Program-made: the position numbers and the translations under genes
Shown here: in pieces, positions 10,081 through 19,361 of the stretch
Layout: every line of letters begins with the position of its first letter
Numbering within the stretch: position 1 is the stretch's first letter
DNA from: an uncultured bacterium
GTDB lineage: Bacteria > Krumholzibacteriota > Krumholzibacteriia > JACNKJ01
NCBI GenBank assembly: GCA_963695095.1
Contig: CAVOFT010000001.1
Coordinates: forward strand, 800,001 to 864,000
DNA length: 64,000 nucleotides
Direction of reading: 5' to 3'
The notes under the pieces: model-generated
The model's input: the letters and a program-made list of their open reading frames with translations, nothing else
Told to the model about the DNA's origin: nothing
Databases searched by the model: none

Positions 10081-11437
10081 GGCGCGTGGCGTCCTGGTTG
10101 CCCTCCGGCAAGACAGCGGCGGCAATGCCCTGGTCGTGACCCTGCTCATCACCCTTGCCCTCTCCGGCTTGGTGATGGGGGCCTTGCTGGCCAGCCAGAC
10201 GGAAATGCGCCTGAGCAGCAACACGAGCATGCAGCAGAAGGCGTTCTATCTCGCGGAGCGGGGCATGGAGGAGTCGATCGCCTTCCTTGCCCAGATGGGG
10301 CAGCCGCTCGTGGGCAGCGGCGTCGGCGGCGGCGGTCCGGTCGTGCTCTTCAATGATGTCGCGGCCGGCGAGGGGCGCTACACGGTCTGGGCCGACCCCA
10401 TGGACAACAACGCCGGCCGTAGCTCGCGCTTCGTGGCGATCACGGTGCGCGGGACTTTGAACGGCTCCGGGGTCAGCCGCGCGATGCAGATCCGGCTCGG
10501 CCAGCAGAATTTCTCCCGCTATGCCTACTTCACCGATATCGAGACCAGCGCCAGCGGCGGCACGATCTGGTTCACCGGCAACGACGAGTTCTTCGGACCG
10601 GTGCACACGAACGATCAGATGCACATCGCCGGCGATCCCATCTTCCACGAAGAGGCCAGTTCCGGCGCCGCCGATCTCGACTACTACAACGGCGGACCGC
10701 CCCAGGACGACCCTGTCTTCGAGATGGGCCTCAACTTGAACGCCGACAACATCCTGCTGCCGCCGAACACGGACCTGCTGCGGGCGAAGGGACTGGCCGC
10801 CGATGGCCTGGACTTCACCGGCACCGCCGCCATCGAGATGCGCCTCGATGCGGGCGGCAACGGCATTCTGCGCGTGCGCCTCAACGGCGGCGCCGCGGTG
10901 GACTATCCGCTGCCGGCCAACGGCGTCTGCTTCGTGGACGGCAAGGTCGAGCTGAAGGGCACGCTCAAGGGCCAGCTGACCATCGCCTGCGACGGCGACG
11001 TCGAGATCATGGACAACTGCGTGTACGACACCGACCCCCGCATCGATCCGACCAGCACCGACATGCTGGGCATCGTGGCGGACGGCGACGTCTACATGGA
11101 CGGCTATGCCTACGGGGCCAATGTCGACACCGCCGACGAGACCGTGATGGCGGCGATCATGACCCTGGACGAGAGCTTCACGGTCGAGAACTACAACTCG
11201 GGCTCGCCGCGGGGCAACCTGGTCATCTACGGGGGGCTGATCCAGTTCCGCCGCGGCCCGGTGGGCACCTTCAACGGCAGCACGGGCCAGATCATCACCG
11301 GCTACGCCAAGGCCTACTCCTACGACCCGCGGTTGATGGACAATCCGCCGCCGGCCTTCCCGACCACCGGCGACATCGACAAGATCAGCTGGCAGGAGAT
11401 CGACCCCAGCCAGGACATCACCGCCAACTACTGGTAG
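10061..11437 (+). CDS. PilX-like minor pilin (DUF4900-like C-terminal region)
   Basis: G|NALVVTLLI (no Glu5, as in PilX/GspK), 'AFYLAERG', 'FSRYAYFTD..GPVHTN', 'GYAKAYSYDPRL..PPP.FP'. Confidence 0.7.
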   Translation: MSLAITRARGVLVALRQDSGGNALVVTLLITLALSGLVMGALLASQTEMRLSSNTSMQQKAFYLAERGMEESIAFLAQMGQPLVGSGVGGGGPVVLFNDVAAGEGRYTVWADPMDNNAGRSSRFVAITVRGTLNGSGVSRAMQIRLGQQNFSRYAYFTDIETSASGGTIWFTGNDEFFGPVHTNDQMHIAGDPIFHEEASSGAADLDYYNGGPPQDDPVFEMGLNLNADNILLPPNTDLLRAKGLAADGLDFTGTAAIEMRLDAGGNGILRVRLNGGAAVDYPLPANGVCFVDGKVELKGTLKGQLTIACDGDVEIMDNCVYDTDPRIDPTSTDMLGIVADGDVYMDGYAYGANVDTADETVMAAIMTLDESFTVENYNSGSPRGNLVIYGGLIQFRRGPVGTFNGSTGQIITGYAKAYSYDPRLMDNPPPAFPTTGDIDKISWQEIDPSQDITANYW

Positions 11438-11548
11438 GCGGCATTCGGCGCTTTGCCGCCGCCCAGAACTGGTGTAGCTTGCAAGGGCCCGGCGCTTCCC
11501 GAAAGGGCGGCCTCGGGCCCTTGTGCGTTGACCCCAGCGGAGGCCCGC

Positions 11549-12748
11549 GTGTCCCGGTTCCACCCTCGCCTGCCCGTCCTGTTGCTTCTGCCGGCGCTGC
11601 TCGCCCTGGCCCTGACCGCGGCGCCCTCGGCGGCCGGTTCCGGGCCGCGGGAGGAGTGCGCAGCCGCCCTGCTCATGGAGGCGGCCACCGGTGAGATCCT
11701 CTACGCGGAGCAGCCGGACCGCGAGTGGATTCCGGCCTCCGTCGTCAAGATGATGCTCCTGCTGCTCAGCCAGGAAGCCCTCGAGGACGGCCGGGTCGCC
11801 ACGACGGACGTGGTCACCGCTTCGGCCCGCGCCCAGGCCCAGGGCGGCAGCCAGGTCTATCTGGCCGCCGGAGAGACGGCCACGCTGCAGCGGCTCCTGG
11901 AGGCCGTGGCCGTGGGTTCGGCCAACGACGCGACGATGGCCGTGGCCGAGCACGTCTTCGGCTCGGCGGAAGCGGCCGTGGCGGCGATGAACGCGCGCGC
12001 CGCTGCGCTGGGCATGTCGAGGACGCAGTACGTCAACGTTACGGGACTGCCCGAGCGGGGGCGTCCGGACAACCGCAGCAGCGCCCGCGATCAGGCGCTG
12101 CTCGCGCGGGAGATCGTGCGGCGCCGCCCCGGCGTGCTGGACTGGACCCGCATCACCGAGACCGATTTCCGCCCGGACCTGCGCCTGCGCTGCACGAACG
12201 TCCTGCTCAAGCGCTGCCCGGGCGTGGACGGCCTCAAGACCGGCTACCATGCCAAGGCGCGCTACAATCTCGTCGCGACGGCGGAGCGCGAAGGGCGGCG
12301 CCTGATTGCCGTCGTGCTGGGCAGCCCCAGCGTGGCGCTGCGCAACCGCGTGGCGACGCGCTTGCTCGAGCGCGGCTTCGAGGACTGGCTGCTGGTGACG
12401 GGGTTGCACGCCGGCGAGGGCTTCGGCGCCGAGTTTCCGGTGGCGGGCAGCTGGCGCGGCACGGTGCCGGTGGTGGCCGCCCAGACGCTCCAGTTCACGG
12501 CGACGCCTCAGCAGGCGTCCCGCGTGCGTATCCTGCTGGGGCCGGGAGCGCGCCTGGCCGCGCCGCTGAAGGCGGGCGAGGTGATCGGGCAGATCCAGGC
12601 CACGCTGGACGGCCGCCTGCTCGCCAGCGTGCCCGCCGTGGCGGGCCGCGGCGTCGGCCGGCGCTGGTTCGGCAAAGGGCGGGCGGCGCCGGGCGCGCCC
12701 TGGCCGGAACTGCCGGCGCGGGCCAGCGCCAGGAGCCGCGAGCCCTAG
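11549..12748 (+). CDS. dacA: D-alanyl-D-alanine carboxypeptidase (PBP5/6, peptidase S11)
   Basis: SxxK (ASVVK), SxN (SAND) and KTG motifs; signal peptide; GTG start after GGAGG. Confidence 0.85.
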   Translation: MSRFHPRLPVLLLLPALLALALTAAPSAAGSGPREECAAALLMEAATGEILYAEQPDREWIPASVVKMMLLLLSQEALEDGRVATTDVVTASARAQAQGGSQVYLAAGETATLQRLLEAVAVGSANDATMAVAEHVFGSAEAAVAAMNARAAALGMSRTQYVNVTGLPERGRPDNRSSARDQALLAREIVRRRPGVLDWTRITETDFRPDLRLRCTNVLLKRCPGVDGLKTGYHAKARYNLVATAEREGRRLIAVVLGSPSVALRNRVATRLLERGFEDWLLVTGLHAGEGFGAEFPVAGSWRGTVPVVAAQTLQFTATPQQASRVRILLGPGARLAAPLKAGEVIGQIQATLDGRLLASVPAVAGRGVGRRWFGKGRAAPGAPWPELPARASARSREP

Positions 12749-12829
12749 GCGGAATCGACTTGGCCCGTGGGCGGACGATGGCCTAAGCTGGCTCTGCCCC
12801 GCCCTCACCGCTCAGCCCGGAGGCCAGCC

Positions 12830-13381
12830 ATGCGCCGCATCCTCGCCCTGCTCGTCGTTACCTCGCTCCTCGCGCCGCTGGCCTGCGGCCAGCGCGAGGA
12901 GAGGGCCGGCGAGAGTCCCGCCGGCGACGCCGCAGCCGTCCTCGCCGACGGCGAGATCCAGTGGCTCAGCTATGGCGATGGCGTCGCCAAGGCCGCCGCC
13001 GAGAACAAGCCCATGCTGATCGACTTCTGGACCGACTGGTGCCACTGGTGCAAGGTGATGGACAAGGACACCTACGGCAATGAAGAGGTGCGCCGCCGCC
13101 TGGTCCAGCAGTTCGTGACCGTGAAGGTGGACGCCGAGAGCGGCCAGCTCCAGGGCGCCCAGGGGGCGGCCACCGGCGTCGAGCTGGCGCGCAGCTTCCA
13201 GGTGAACAGCTACCCGACTACCTGGTTCGTCGACAGCCAGGGCAAGAAGATCGACGCGCTGCCCGGCTTCGTGCCGCCGGACCAGTTCGCGATCATCCTC
13301 GACTACATTGCCAGCGGCGCCTACAAGACCCAGAAGTTCCAGGAGTACCAGGCTGCCCGCCAGCAGGCGGCGCAGCCCTAG
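12830..13381 (+). CDS. thioredoxin-fold lipoprotein (WCHWC)
   Basis: Lipobox LAC, 'DFWTDWCHWCKVM', cis-Pro 'YPT'. Confidence 0.8.
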   Translation: MRRILALLVVTSLLAPLACGQREERAGESPAGDAAAVLADGEIQWLSYGDGVAKAAAENKPMLIDFWTDWCHWCKVMDKDTYGNEEVRRRLVQQFVTVKVDAESGQLQGAQGAATGVELARSFQVNSYPTTWFVDSQGKKIDALPGFVPPDQFAIILDYIASGAYKTQKFQEYQAARQQAAQP

Positions 13382-13791
13382 TCGCCCAGCACTTCCAGTC
13401 GCACCGGCGCCGTGCCCGGCCCCAGGAAGTCCAGCTCGCGGGCGGCCCGCCGCGAGACGTCCAGGATGCGATCCGGCTTGAAGGGTCCCCGGTCCGTCAC
13501 GCGCAGGATCAGGCTGCGGCCATTGGCGAGATTCGTCACCCGGATCCGCGTGCCGAAGGGCAGCGAGCGGTGGGCGGCCGTCAGGCCCTCCCGGTCGTAG
13601 CGCTCGCCGCTGGCCGTGGTCCGGCCATGATAGGGAGCGCCGTACCAGGAGGCCATGCCCTCCTGCCGGGTCCCCTCCGGCACGACGCCCGCGCGCAGCG
13701 GCGGACCCATCACCTTGGGCGTGCACCCAGCCAGCAGAACGAGGGCGAACACGGCCAGGGCAGGGGCCCCGGCGGTCGGACGGCGGTGAAT
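13378..13791 (-). CDS. rlpA: RlpA-family lytic transglycosylase lipoprotein (DPBB); start uncertain (GTG 13752 or ATT 13791)
   Basis: ASWYG..TASGE..TAAHRSLPFGT..VTDRGP..DVS..AA; lipobox LAGC. Confidence 0.85.
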   Translation of the reverse strand: MHRRPTAGAPALAVFALVLLAGCTPKVMGPPLRAGVVPEGTRQEGMASWYGAPYHGRTTASGERYDREGLTAAHRSLPFGTRIRVTNLANGRSLILRVTDRGPFKPDRILDVSRRAARELDFLGPGTAPVRLEVLGD

Positions 13792-13819
13792 GGCGGACCT
13801 CCCCGCGCTGGCCGCCAGC

Positions 13820-14458
13820 CTACTCGGATCGCCGCTCCGCTGTCTTGAGGATTCTCCCGCCGGCCCCGGCCAGGGCGCGGCCCCGCTGGAAGGCCGCCCA
13901 GTTGCCCTCTTCGGTGCCGCGGGGCACGCGGGCGAGGATCACCTTGCGCCAGAGCGCTTCCGGGAAGTCGAGGCTGGGCGCCAGCGCGCCCAGGAAGAGC
14001 ACGCTCGACATCTTCTCGTTGCCCAGCGTGCGGCATTCGGCCTGGGCGTCGATGGCGACCAGATCCGGGCAGCGCGCGGCGATCTGGGCGACGGCGTCGG
14101 CCGGGTAGCTGAACTGCTTGCCCGCCGCGATCGGCGGGATGATCTGCTGCCGGCTGACGATGGCGCGGCCGCCCGGCGCCAGATCGTGCAGGGCGCGCAG
14201 ACCCTCGGCCTGCTCGAAGGCCATGAGGATATCCGCAGCGCCCTCGGGGATCATCGGGCTCCACACCTTGGCGCCGAAGCGCACGTGGCTGGAGACGGTG
14301 CCGCCCCGCTGGCTCATGCCGTGCACTTCGCTCTTCTTGACGTCGAGGCCGGCCTCCATGGCCACCTGGGCCAGCACATCGCTGGCCAGGATGATGCCCT
14401 GGCCGCCCACGCCCACCATCAGGATGCCGGTGATCTTGCCCGTTGCCGCGCCGCTCAT
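13820..14458 (-). CDS. iorB: indolepyruvate:ferredoxin oxidoreductase beta subunit
   Basis: GVGGQG..ASDVL..KKSEVHGMSQRGG.V.SHVRFG. Confidence 0.9.
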   Translation of the reverse strand: MSGAATGKITGILMVGVGGQGIILASDVLAQVAMEAGLDVKKSEVHGMSQRGGTVSSHVRFGAKVWSPMIPEGAADILMAFEQAEGLRALHDLAPGGRAIVSRQQIIPPIAAGKQFSYPADAVAQIAARCPDLVAIDAQAECRTLGNEKMSSVLFLGALAPSLDFPEALWRKVILARVPRGTEEGNWAAFQRGRALAGAGGRILKTAERRSE

Positions 14459-16261
14459 GCCGGCACCTCCTCGCTCACGCGCAGGATCGCGGCGTCATTG
14501 CAGGTCTGCGGGCAGAGGCCGCAGCCCGTGCAGCTGTCCAGGTCGATCACGGCGCGGGTGCGCCCCTCCGGGGTGAGACTGCCCGTCAGGCTGATGCTCG
14601 GGCAGCCGGTCTGCAGGCAGCGCAGACAGCCCGTGCAGTCGGCCTCGACGATCTGGTAGGGCGTGTCCCGCAGCTTGCGCGGCATCAGGGCGCAGGGGCT
14701 GTCGGCGATGATGAGGCTGACGCCCTCGAAGGCCTCGGCCTCCTCGAGGGCGGCGTGCGACGTCCTCGAGGTCGTGGTTCATGACCCGCTGCACGTGCTC
14801 GACGCCGAGGGCCCGGGCCAGGGCTTCGAAGTCCACCTCCTTGGCCGGCGCGCCCATCAGGGTGTGGCCCGTGTGCGGGTGCTCCTGGCCGCCGGTCATC
14901 GCCGTGATGCGGTTGTCCAGGATGATCACGGTGATGTTGGCCTCGTTGTAGACGGCGTCCAGCAGGCCCGTCATGCCCGAGTGGAGGAAGGTGCCGTCGC
15001 CGATGGTGGCGAAGATGGGCTTGGCGCCGTCGCTCACCTTGCTGGCGCCGATGGCGTTGCTGATCGAGGCGCCCATGTCCAGGCAGGTGTCCATGGCGTT
15101 CAGCGGCGCCAGCGCGCCCAGCGTGTAGCAGCCGATGTCGCCGTAGACGTCGCCGCGCGCCTTCTTCAGCTCGAAGAAGACGCTGCGATGGGGGCAGCCC
15201 GCGCAGAGGACGGGCGGGCGCGGCAGCACGGCCGCGGCCTCGACGCCGGCAGGCGCGGGCGCGGCGAGCTCGACCCGGGCGAGCCCGGCGCGCAGGCGCC
15301 CGGGCGTCAGCTCGCCGAGCAGGCCGGTGATCGACTTGCCCTCGCAGGCGATCCCGGCGGCCTTGAGCTGCTCCTCGGTGAAGCCGTCCAGTTCCTCCAC
15401 CACGATCAGCCGCTGGACCTGCGCGGCGAAGGCGCGGATCGCCGCCAGGGGCAGCGGATAGCTGAAGCCGAGCTTCAGGAAGCTGGCCCCCGGCAGCACT
15501 TCGCGGGCCTGGGCGTAGGCGGCGCCGGCGGCGACGACGCCCAGGGCGCGGTCGCCCGGTTCGATGCGATTGAGCGCCGTCTCCTCGCTGAAGGCGCGCA
15601 GCCGCTCCAGGCGCTCCTCGACGTAGGCGTGCCGCGGCCGGGCGTGGCCGGGCACCATGACGAACTTCTTGGGGTCCTTCTTGAAACCGCGCACCGGGGG
15701 CTGCTCGATCTCGCCCGCCGTCACGATGCCCTTGCTGTGGCTGATGCGCGTGGTCATGCGCAGGAGCACGGGCACGTCGAAGCGCTCGCTGATCTCCATG
15801 CCGATCTTGACGAAGTCCTTGCAGTCCTGGCTGTCCGCCGGTTCGAGCATGGGGATCTTGGCGAAGCGCGCGTAGTGGCGGTTGTCCTGCTCGTTCTGGC
15901 TGCTGTGCAGCTCGGGGTCGTCGGCGCTGACGACGACGAGCCCGCCGACCACGCCCGTGTAGGCCAGGGTCATCAGCGGGTCGGCGGCCACGTTCAGCCC
16001 GACGTGCTTCTGCGTGCTCAGCGCCCGCGCGCCGCTGAATGAAGCCCCGGCCGCCACCTCGAGGCCCACCTTCTCGTTGGGGGACCACTGCACGTACATC
16101 TCGGGCACCATCTTGGCGATGGTCTCGAGGATCTCCGTGCTGGGCGTGCCGGGGTAGCCCGCGCCGAGGTGCACGCCGGCCTCGCGGCAGCCCAGCGCCA
16201 CGGCCTCGTTGCCGGAAAGCAGGTAGCGGACCTTCTCCTGGAGCTGGGCAGAGGCTTCCAT
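14455..16261 (-). CDS. iorA: indolepyruvate:ferredoxin oxidoreductase alpha subunit (frameshift ~14758)
   Basis: GNEAVA..YPGTPSTE, KHVGLNVAAD, SSQNEQD, CAGCPH, GDIGC, GDGT and AMTGGQ; the C-terminal 2x[4Fe-4S] (CTGCLRC/CTGCGLC) continues in the 14455..14685 frame. Confidence 0.9.
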
Positions 16262-16317
16262 CGAGATTCCTCCGGGGCAGGCGGCTAGAAAAGCGGAGCG
16301 GTGGATCCGGTTACCTC

Positions 16318-16346
16318 AAGATAGCCCGGGCCGGCGGCGGCGTCAA
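16318..16346 (-). promoter_or_regulatory. sigma70-type promoter for iorAB
   Basis: TTGACG-N17-TATCTT on the minus strand. Confidence 0.55.
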
Positions 16347-16506
16347 TGGGGCCCTCGTGGGCGGGCGGGGCCTGCCCCCGCTGCCGAAAGCCCTGCCATG
16401 CTGGGGACGACGATTGCCGCCGCTCTGCTGCGGACAGCTCGGGAGCCGTGGCAGTGGTGATGTGTCGCGCTCGCCGGGAAGTCCCCGGCGAGCGCCGGCG
16501 ATAGGC

Positions 16507-16950
16507 CTAGCGAGCGATCGGCTGCGCGCGCAGGTAGGCCACGACGGCCGCGGCGTCCTCCGCATTCATCCGGTACTCGGGCATCGGCGGGCGCAGGCCC
16601 GACTCGAGCGGCGTCATGCCCGTCATCAGCAGCTTCACCGCTTCCTCATCCGTGTAGTTCTCCAGGCCGGCGATGCTGGGCGCCGCCGGCGCCCAGGCGG
16701 GCATCGGCACGCTGGGCGCGAAGGGCAGGAGCGCCCCCATCAACCACCGGGAGCGGTCGAAGGCGCCGGTCTCCAGGCGGGGGCTGTGACAGTCGGCGCA
16801 CATGCCGATGCCCTCGACGAGGTAGCGCCCGCGCTCGATCGTGGCCGGTGTCGCCTTCGGCTGGGCAGCCAGCGCCGGCCTGATGCGCGGCGCCAGGGCT
16901 CCGGCAACGAGGAGCGTGGCCAGCGCCGCGAGGATGGGCAATCTCCGCAT
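16507..16950 (-). CDS. monoheme c-type cytochrome (exported)
   Basis: Signal peptide, 'RGRYL', CADCH heme motif, distal 'PPMP'; SD AAGGAG. Confidence 0.85.
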   Translation of the reverse strand: MRRLPILAALATLLVAGALAPRIRPALAAQPKATPATIERGRYLVEGIGMCADCHSPRLETGAFDRSRWLMGALLPFAPSVPMPAWAPAAPSIAGLENYTDEEAVKLLMTGMTPLESGLRPPMPEYRMNAEDAAAVVAYLRAQPIAR

Positions 16951-17046
16951 GATCGGTCTCCTTATCTGGTTGGCAGCGGCGGCGGATCCGTGAACGGACT
17001 TGTGTGAGGGAAGCGCGCCGCACGAGTTCAGCAGGTAATGGCGGGC

Positions 17047-17074
17047 AGTATAGGTCGCCGCCCTTCGCGCGCAA
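17047..17074 (-). promoter_or_regulatory. sigma70-type promoter for the cytochrome c gene
   Basis: TTGCGC-N16-TATACT on the minus strand. Confidence 0.5.
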
Positions 17075-17235
17075 GTTTGATCTCTCCAGGGCGCGTTGAA
17101 TTCACAACCCTGAATCGAGGGTGGCTCAGACTTGTCTATATTGAGGATACCTACATTTCCAGATATTCGAGTACTCAATATCCTGGTGTGTGCCCGGCTC
17201 GGCGGCGGCGACGCGGACCGCGGGGCGAGGAGGAG

Positions 17236-18177
17236 CTAGCCGAAGAAGGGGTGATGGCGGCGGCTGGCGATCTCCTGCTCGTCGTGCAGGGCGCCCAGGG
17301 CGAGGCTGAGCAGCTTGATCTCGGCGCTGTCGCTGCGCGAGAGCAGCACGATGGGCGCCGCGGCGCCGAGGACGAGGCCGGCCACGCGCGCGCCGGCCAG
17401 CAGGATCAGGCTCTTCACCACGAAGTTGACGGCGCTGATGTTGGGGCCGAGAAAGATGTCGCTGCGCCCGGCCACGCGGCTGGGGATGCCCTTCAACTCG
17501 GCCGCATCGCGGCTGAGGGCGACGTCGATGGCCAGCGGGCCCTCGATGATCAGGTTGCCCAGGGGCCCGCCGCCCGCCCAGCGCATCAGCTCGCTCATGT
17601 CGAGCGTCTCGGGCAGCTTCGGGTTCTCCTTCTCCACGAGCGCCATGCAGGCCACGTGCGGGTGGTTGTTCTCGAGGCAGCGCGCCAGCTCGACGGCATT
17701 GGCCAGGATGTCCTTGCGGGTCGCCAGATCCTGGTGGATGTTGATGCCGCCGTCGGTGTGCAGCATCAGGCGCGGATAGCTGGGCAGCTCGACCACGGCG
17801 ACGTGACTGAGCACGCGCCCCGTGCGCAGGCCGGTCGCCTTGTCGAGCACGGCCCGGAGCAGGGCTTCGGTGGCGACGCCGCCTTTCATCAGCAGGTCCG
17901 CGCGGCCGGCCTTCACCTCGGCCACGGCGCGGGCGCTCAGCGCTCTCTCGTCGCCCGGCTCGTCGATCAGCGTGAGGCCGGCGATGTCGAAGTCCAGGCG
18001 CTCCGCCCGGCGCCGGATCTCGGCCTCGGCCCCGATCAGCAGGGGCTCCACGAAGTCCCGCTCGACCGCCTCCGCCAGCGCCTCGAGCACCGGCTCCGGC
18101 GCCGCGCCGGCCACGGCAACCCGCTTCGAAGGCGCGCCGGCCACCTTGGCCAGGAGCTTGTCGAAATCGCGGATCAT
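17236..18177 (-). CDS. ptb: phosphate butyryl/acetyltransferase
   Basis: ADLLMKG, LSHVAV, TDGGIN, GPLAIDVA and LLSRSD; ATGA-coupled to buk. Confidence 0.85.
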   Translation of the reverse strand: MIRDFDKLLAKVAGAPSKRVAVAGAAPEPVLEALAEAVERDFVEPLLIGAEAEIRRRAERLDFDIAGLTLIDEPGDERALSARAVAEVKAGRADLLMKGGVATEALLRAVLDKATGLRTGRVLSHVAVVELPSYPRLMLHTDGGINIHQDLATRKDILANAVELARCLENNHPHVACMALVEKENPKLPETLDMSELMRWAGGGPLGNLIIEGPLAIDVALSRDAAELKGIPSRVAGRSDIFLGPNISAVNFVVKSLILLAGARVAGLVLGAAAPIVLLSRSDSAEIKLLSLALGALHDEQEIASRRHHPFFG

Positions 18178-19268
18178 CCTTGTCCCCCCAGGGCCGCCTC
18201 GGGTGCGCCGTAAGGGCGAGGAGCCTCCTCGCCGCGCAGCACGCGCAGGGCGCCCAGGGCCAGCGCCTCCATTTCGCGCTCGCCGGGGTAGATGAAGAAT
18301 CTGCCCAGGGCGCCGACGCTCGCCTGCAGGCGCTCCACGAGCAGGGTGCTCTTGCTCATCCCGCCGGTCAGGATGACGCCGTCCAGGCGCAGATCCAGAG
18401 CCGCCGCCACCGCGCCCAGCTCCTTGGCGATCTGATAGGCCATCGCTGCGAAGGCCGCCGCGGCCCGGGCGTCGCCGGCCGCGATGCGGGCCTCGACCTC
18501 GATGAGATCGCCCGTGCCGAGGTAGCCGAAGAGGCCGCTCTCGGCGCGCAGCTTCTGCTCCACCTGGCCCCTGCGAGCATTCGGGGCGAAGGCCAGGTCG
18601 AGCAGGCCGCGCAGGGGAAGCGCCCCGGCGCGGTAGGGCGTGAAGGGCCCCATGCCGAGCAGGGCGTCGTTGACGTCCACGATGCGGCCGCCGCGCAGGG
18701 CGGCCACGCTGATGCCGCCGCCCAGATGCGCGGCCGCGAAGCGGGTCTCGGCCAGCGGCCGGCCCAGTTCCGCTGCGGCCAGGCGGCTGACGGCCTTGAG
18801 GCTGAGGGCGTGGCTGCGGCCGAGGCGCTCGATCTCTGGCACCCCGCTCAGGCGGGCGACGGGGTCCAGTTCGTCCACGGAGACGGGATCGACGACGAAG
18901 GCCGGCAGGCCGCGCTCGGCCGCGAGGGCCTGGGCGATGAGTCCCCCCAGCAGGCTGGCGTGCTCGCCGTGGCGCGCGCCGGCGAGATCGGCGAGCATGG
19001 CCGCATCGACCGGGTAGCTGCCCCCCTCCAGCGGGCGCAGGGGGCCGCCCCGGCCCACGACGGCGGCGAAGTCCGGCTCGCCGGCGCCGGCGAGGAAGGC
19101 CCGCGCCGCGGCCAGTCGCGTGGGCAGCTGATCGGCGACGCGCCGGCTGGCGGCGATCTCGGCGGGATCGTGGGGCAGATCCTCCTGGCGCAGGCAGCCC
19201 GTCTCGCTCCACAGCGCCAGCTTGGTGCTGGTGGAACCCGGATTGACGACCAGCACGGCCAGCGACAC
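18174..19268 (-). CDS. buk: butyrate kinase
   Basis: NPGSTSTK, GRGG, HAS.LG, DPVSVDE, HLGGGISV, GPFTP.RAG and YPGE.EM.AL. Confidence 0.9.
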   Translation of the reverse strand: MSLAVLVVNPGSTSTKLALWSETGCLRQEDLPHDPAEIAASRRVADQLPTRLAAARAFLAGAGEPDFAAVVGRGGPLRPLEGGSYPVDAAMLADLAGARHGEHASLLGGLIAQALAAERGLPAFVVDPVSVDELDPVARLSGVPEIERLGRSHALSLKAVSRLAAAELGRPLAETRFAAAHLGGGISVAALRGGRIVDVNDALLGMGPFTPYRAGALPLRGLLDLAFAPNARRGQVEQKLRAESGLFGYLGTGDLIEVEARIAAGDARAAAAFAAMAYQIAKELGAVAAALDLRLDGVILTGGMSKSTLLVERLQASVGALGRFFIYPGEREMEALALGALRVLRGEEAPRPYGAPEAALGGQG

Positions 19269-19300
19269 GGCGACCTCCGCCCCTCGACGAGACCCGTTAC

Positions 19301-19328
19301 AATGTACGCCGCCAGCGGGCGGCGTCAA
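19301..19328 (-). promoter_or_regulatory. sigma70-type promoter for buk-ptb
   Basis: TTGACG-N16-TACATT on the minus strand. Confidence 0.5.
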
Positions 19329-19361
19329 TGCGCCGACGAGGGGTTCCGCCCAGGTCCCAGG

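Noticed and set aside
639..12808. Very long antisense ORFs (639..4379, 6907..10230, 10064..12808 and many similar across the window)
   Set aside because: They are stop-poor shadows of GC3-rich genes on the opposite strand, with no motifs and no SD.
14455..14685. Standalone ferredoxin gene
   Set aside because: It is the frameshifted C-terminal Fe-S domain of IorA.
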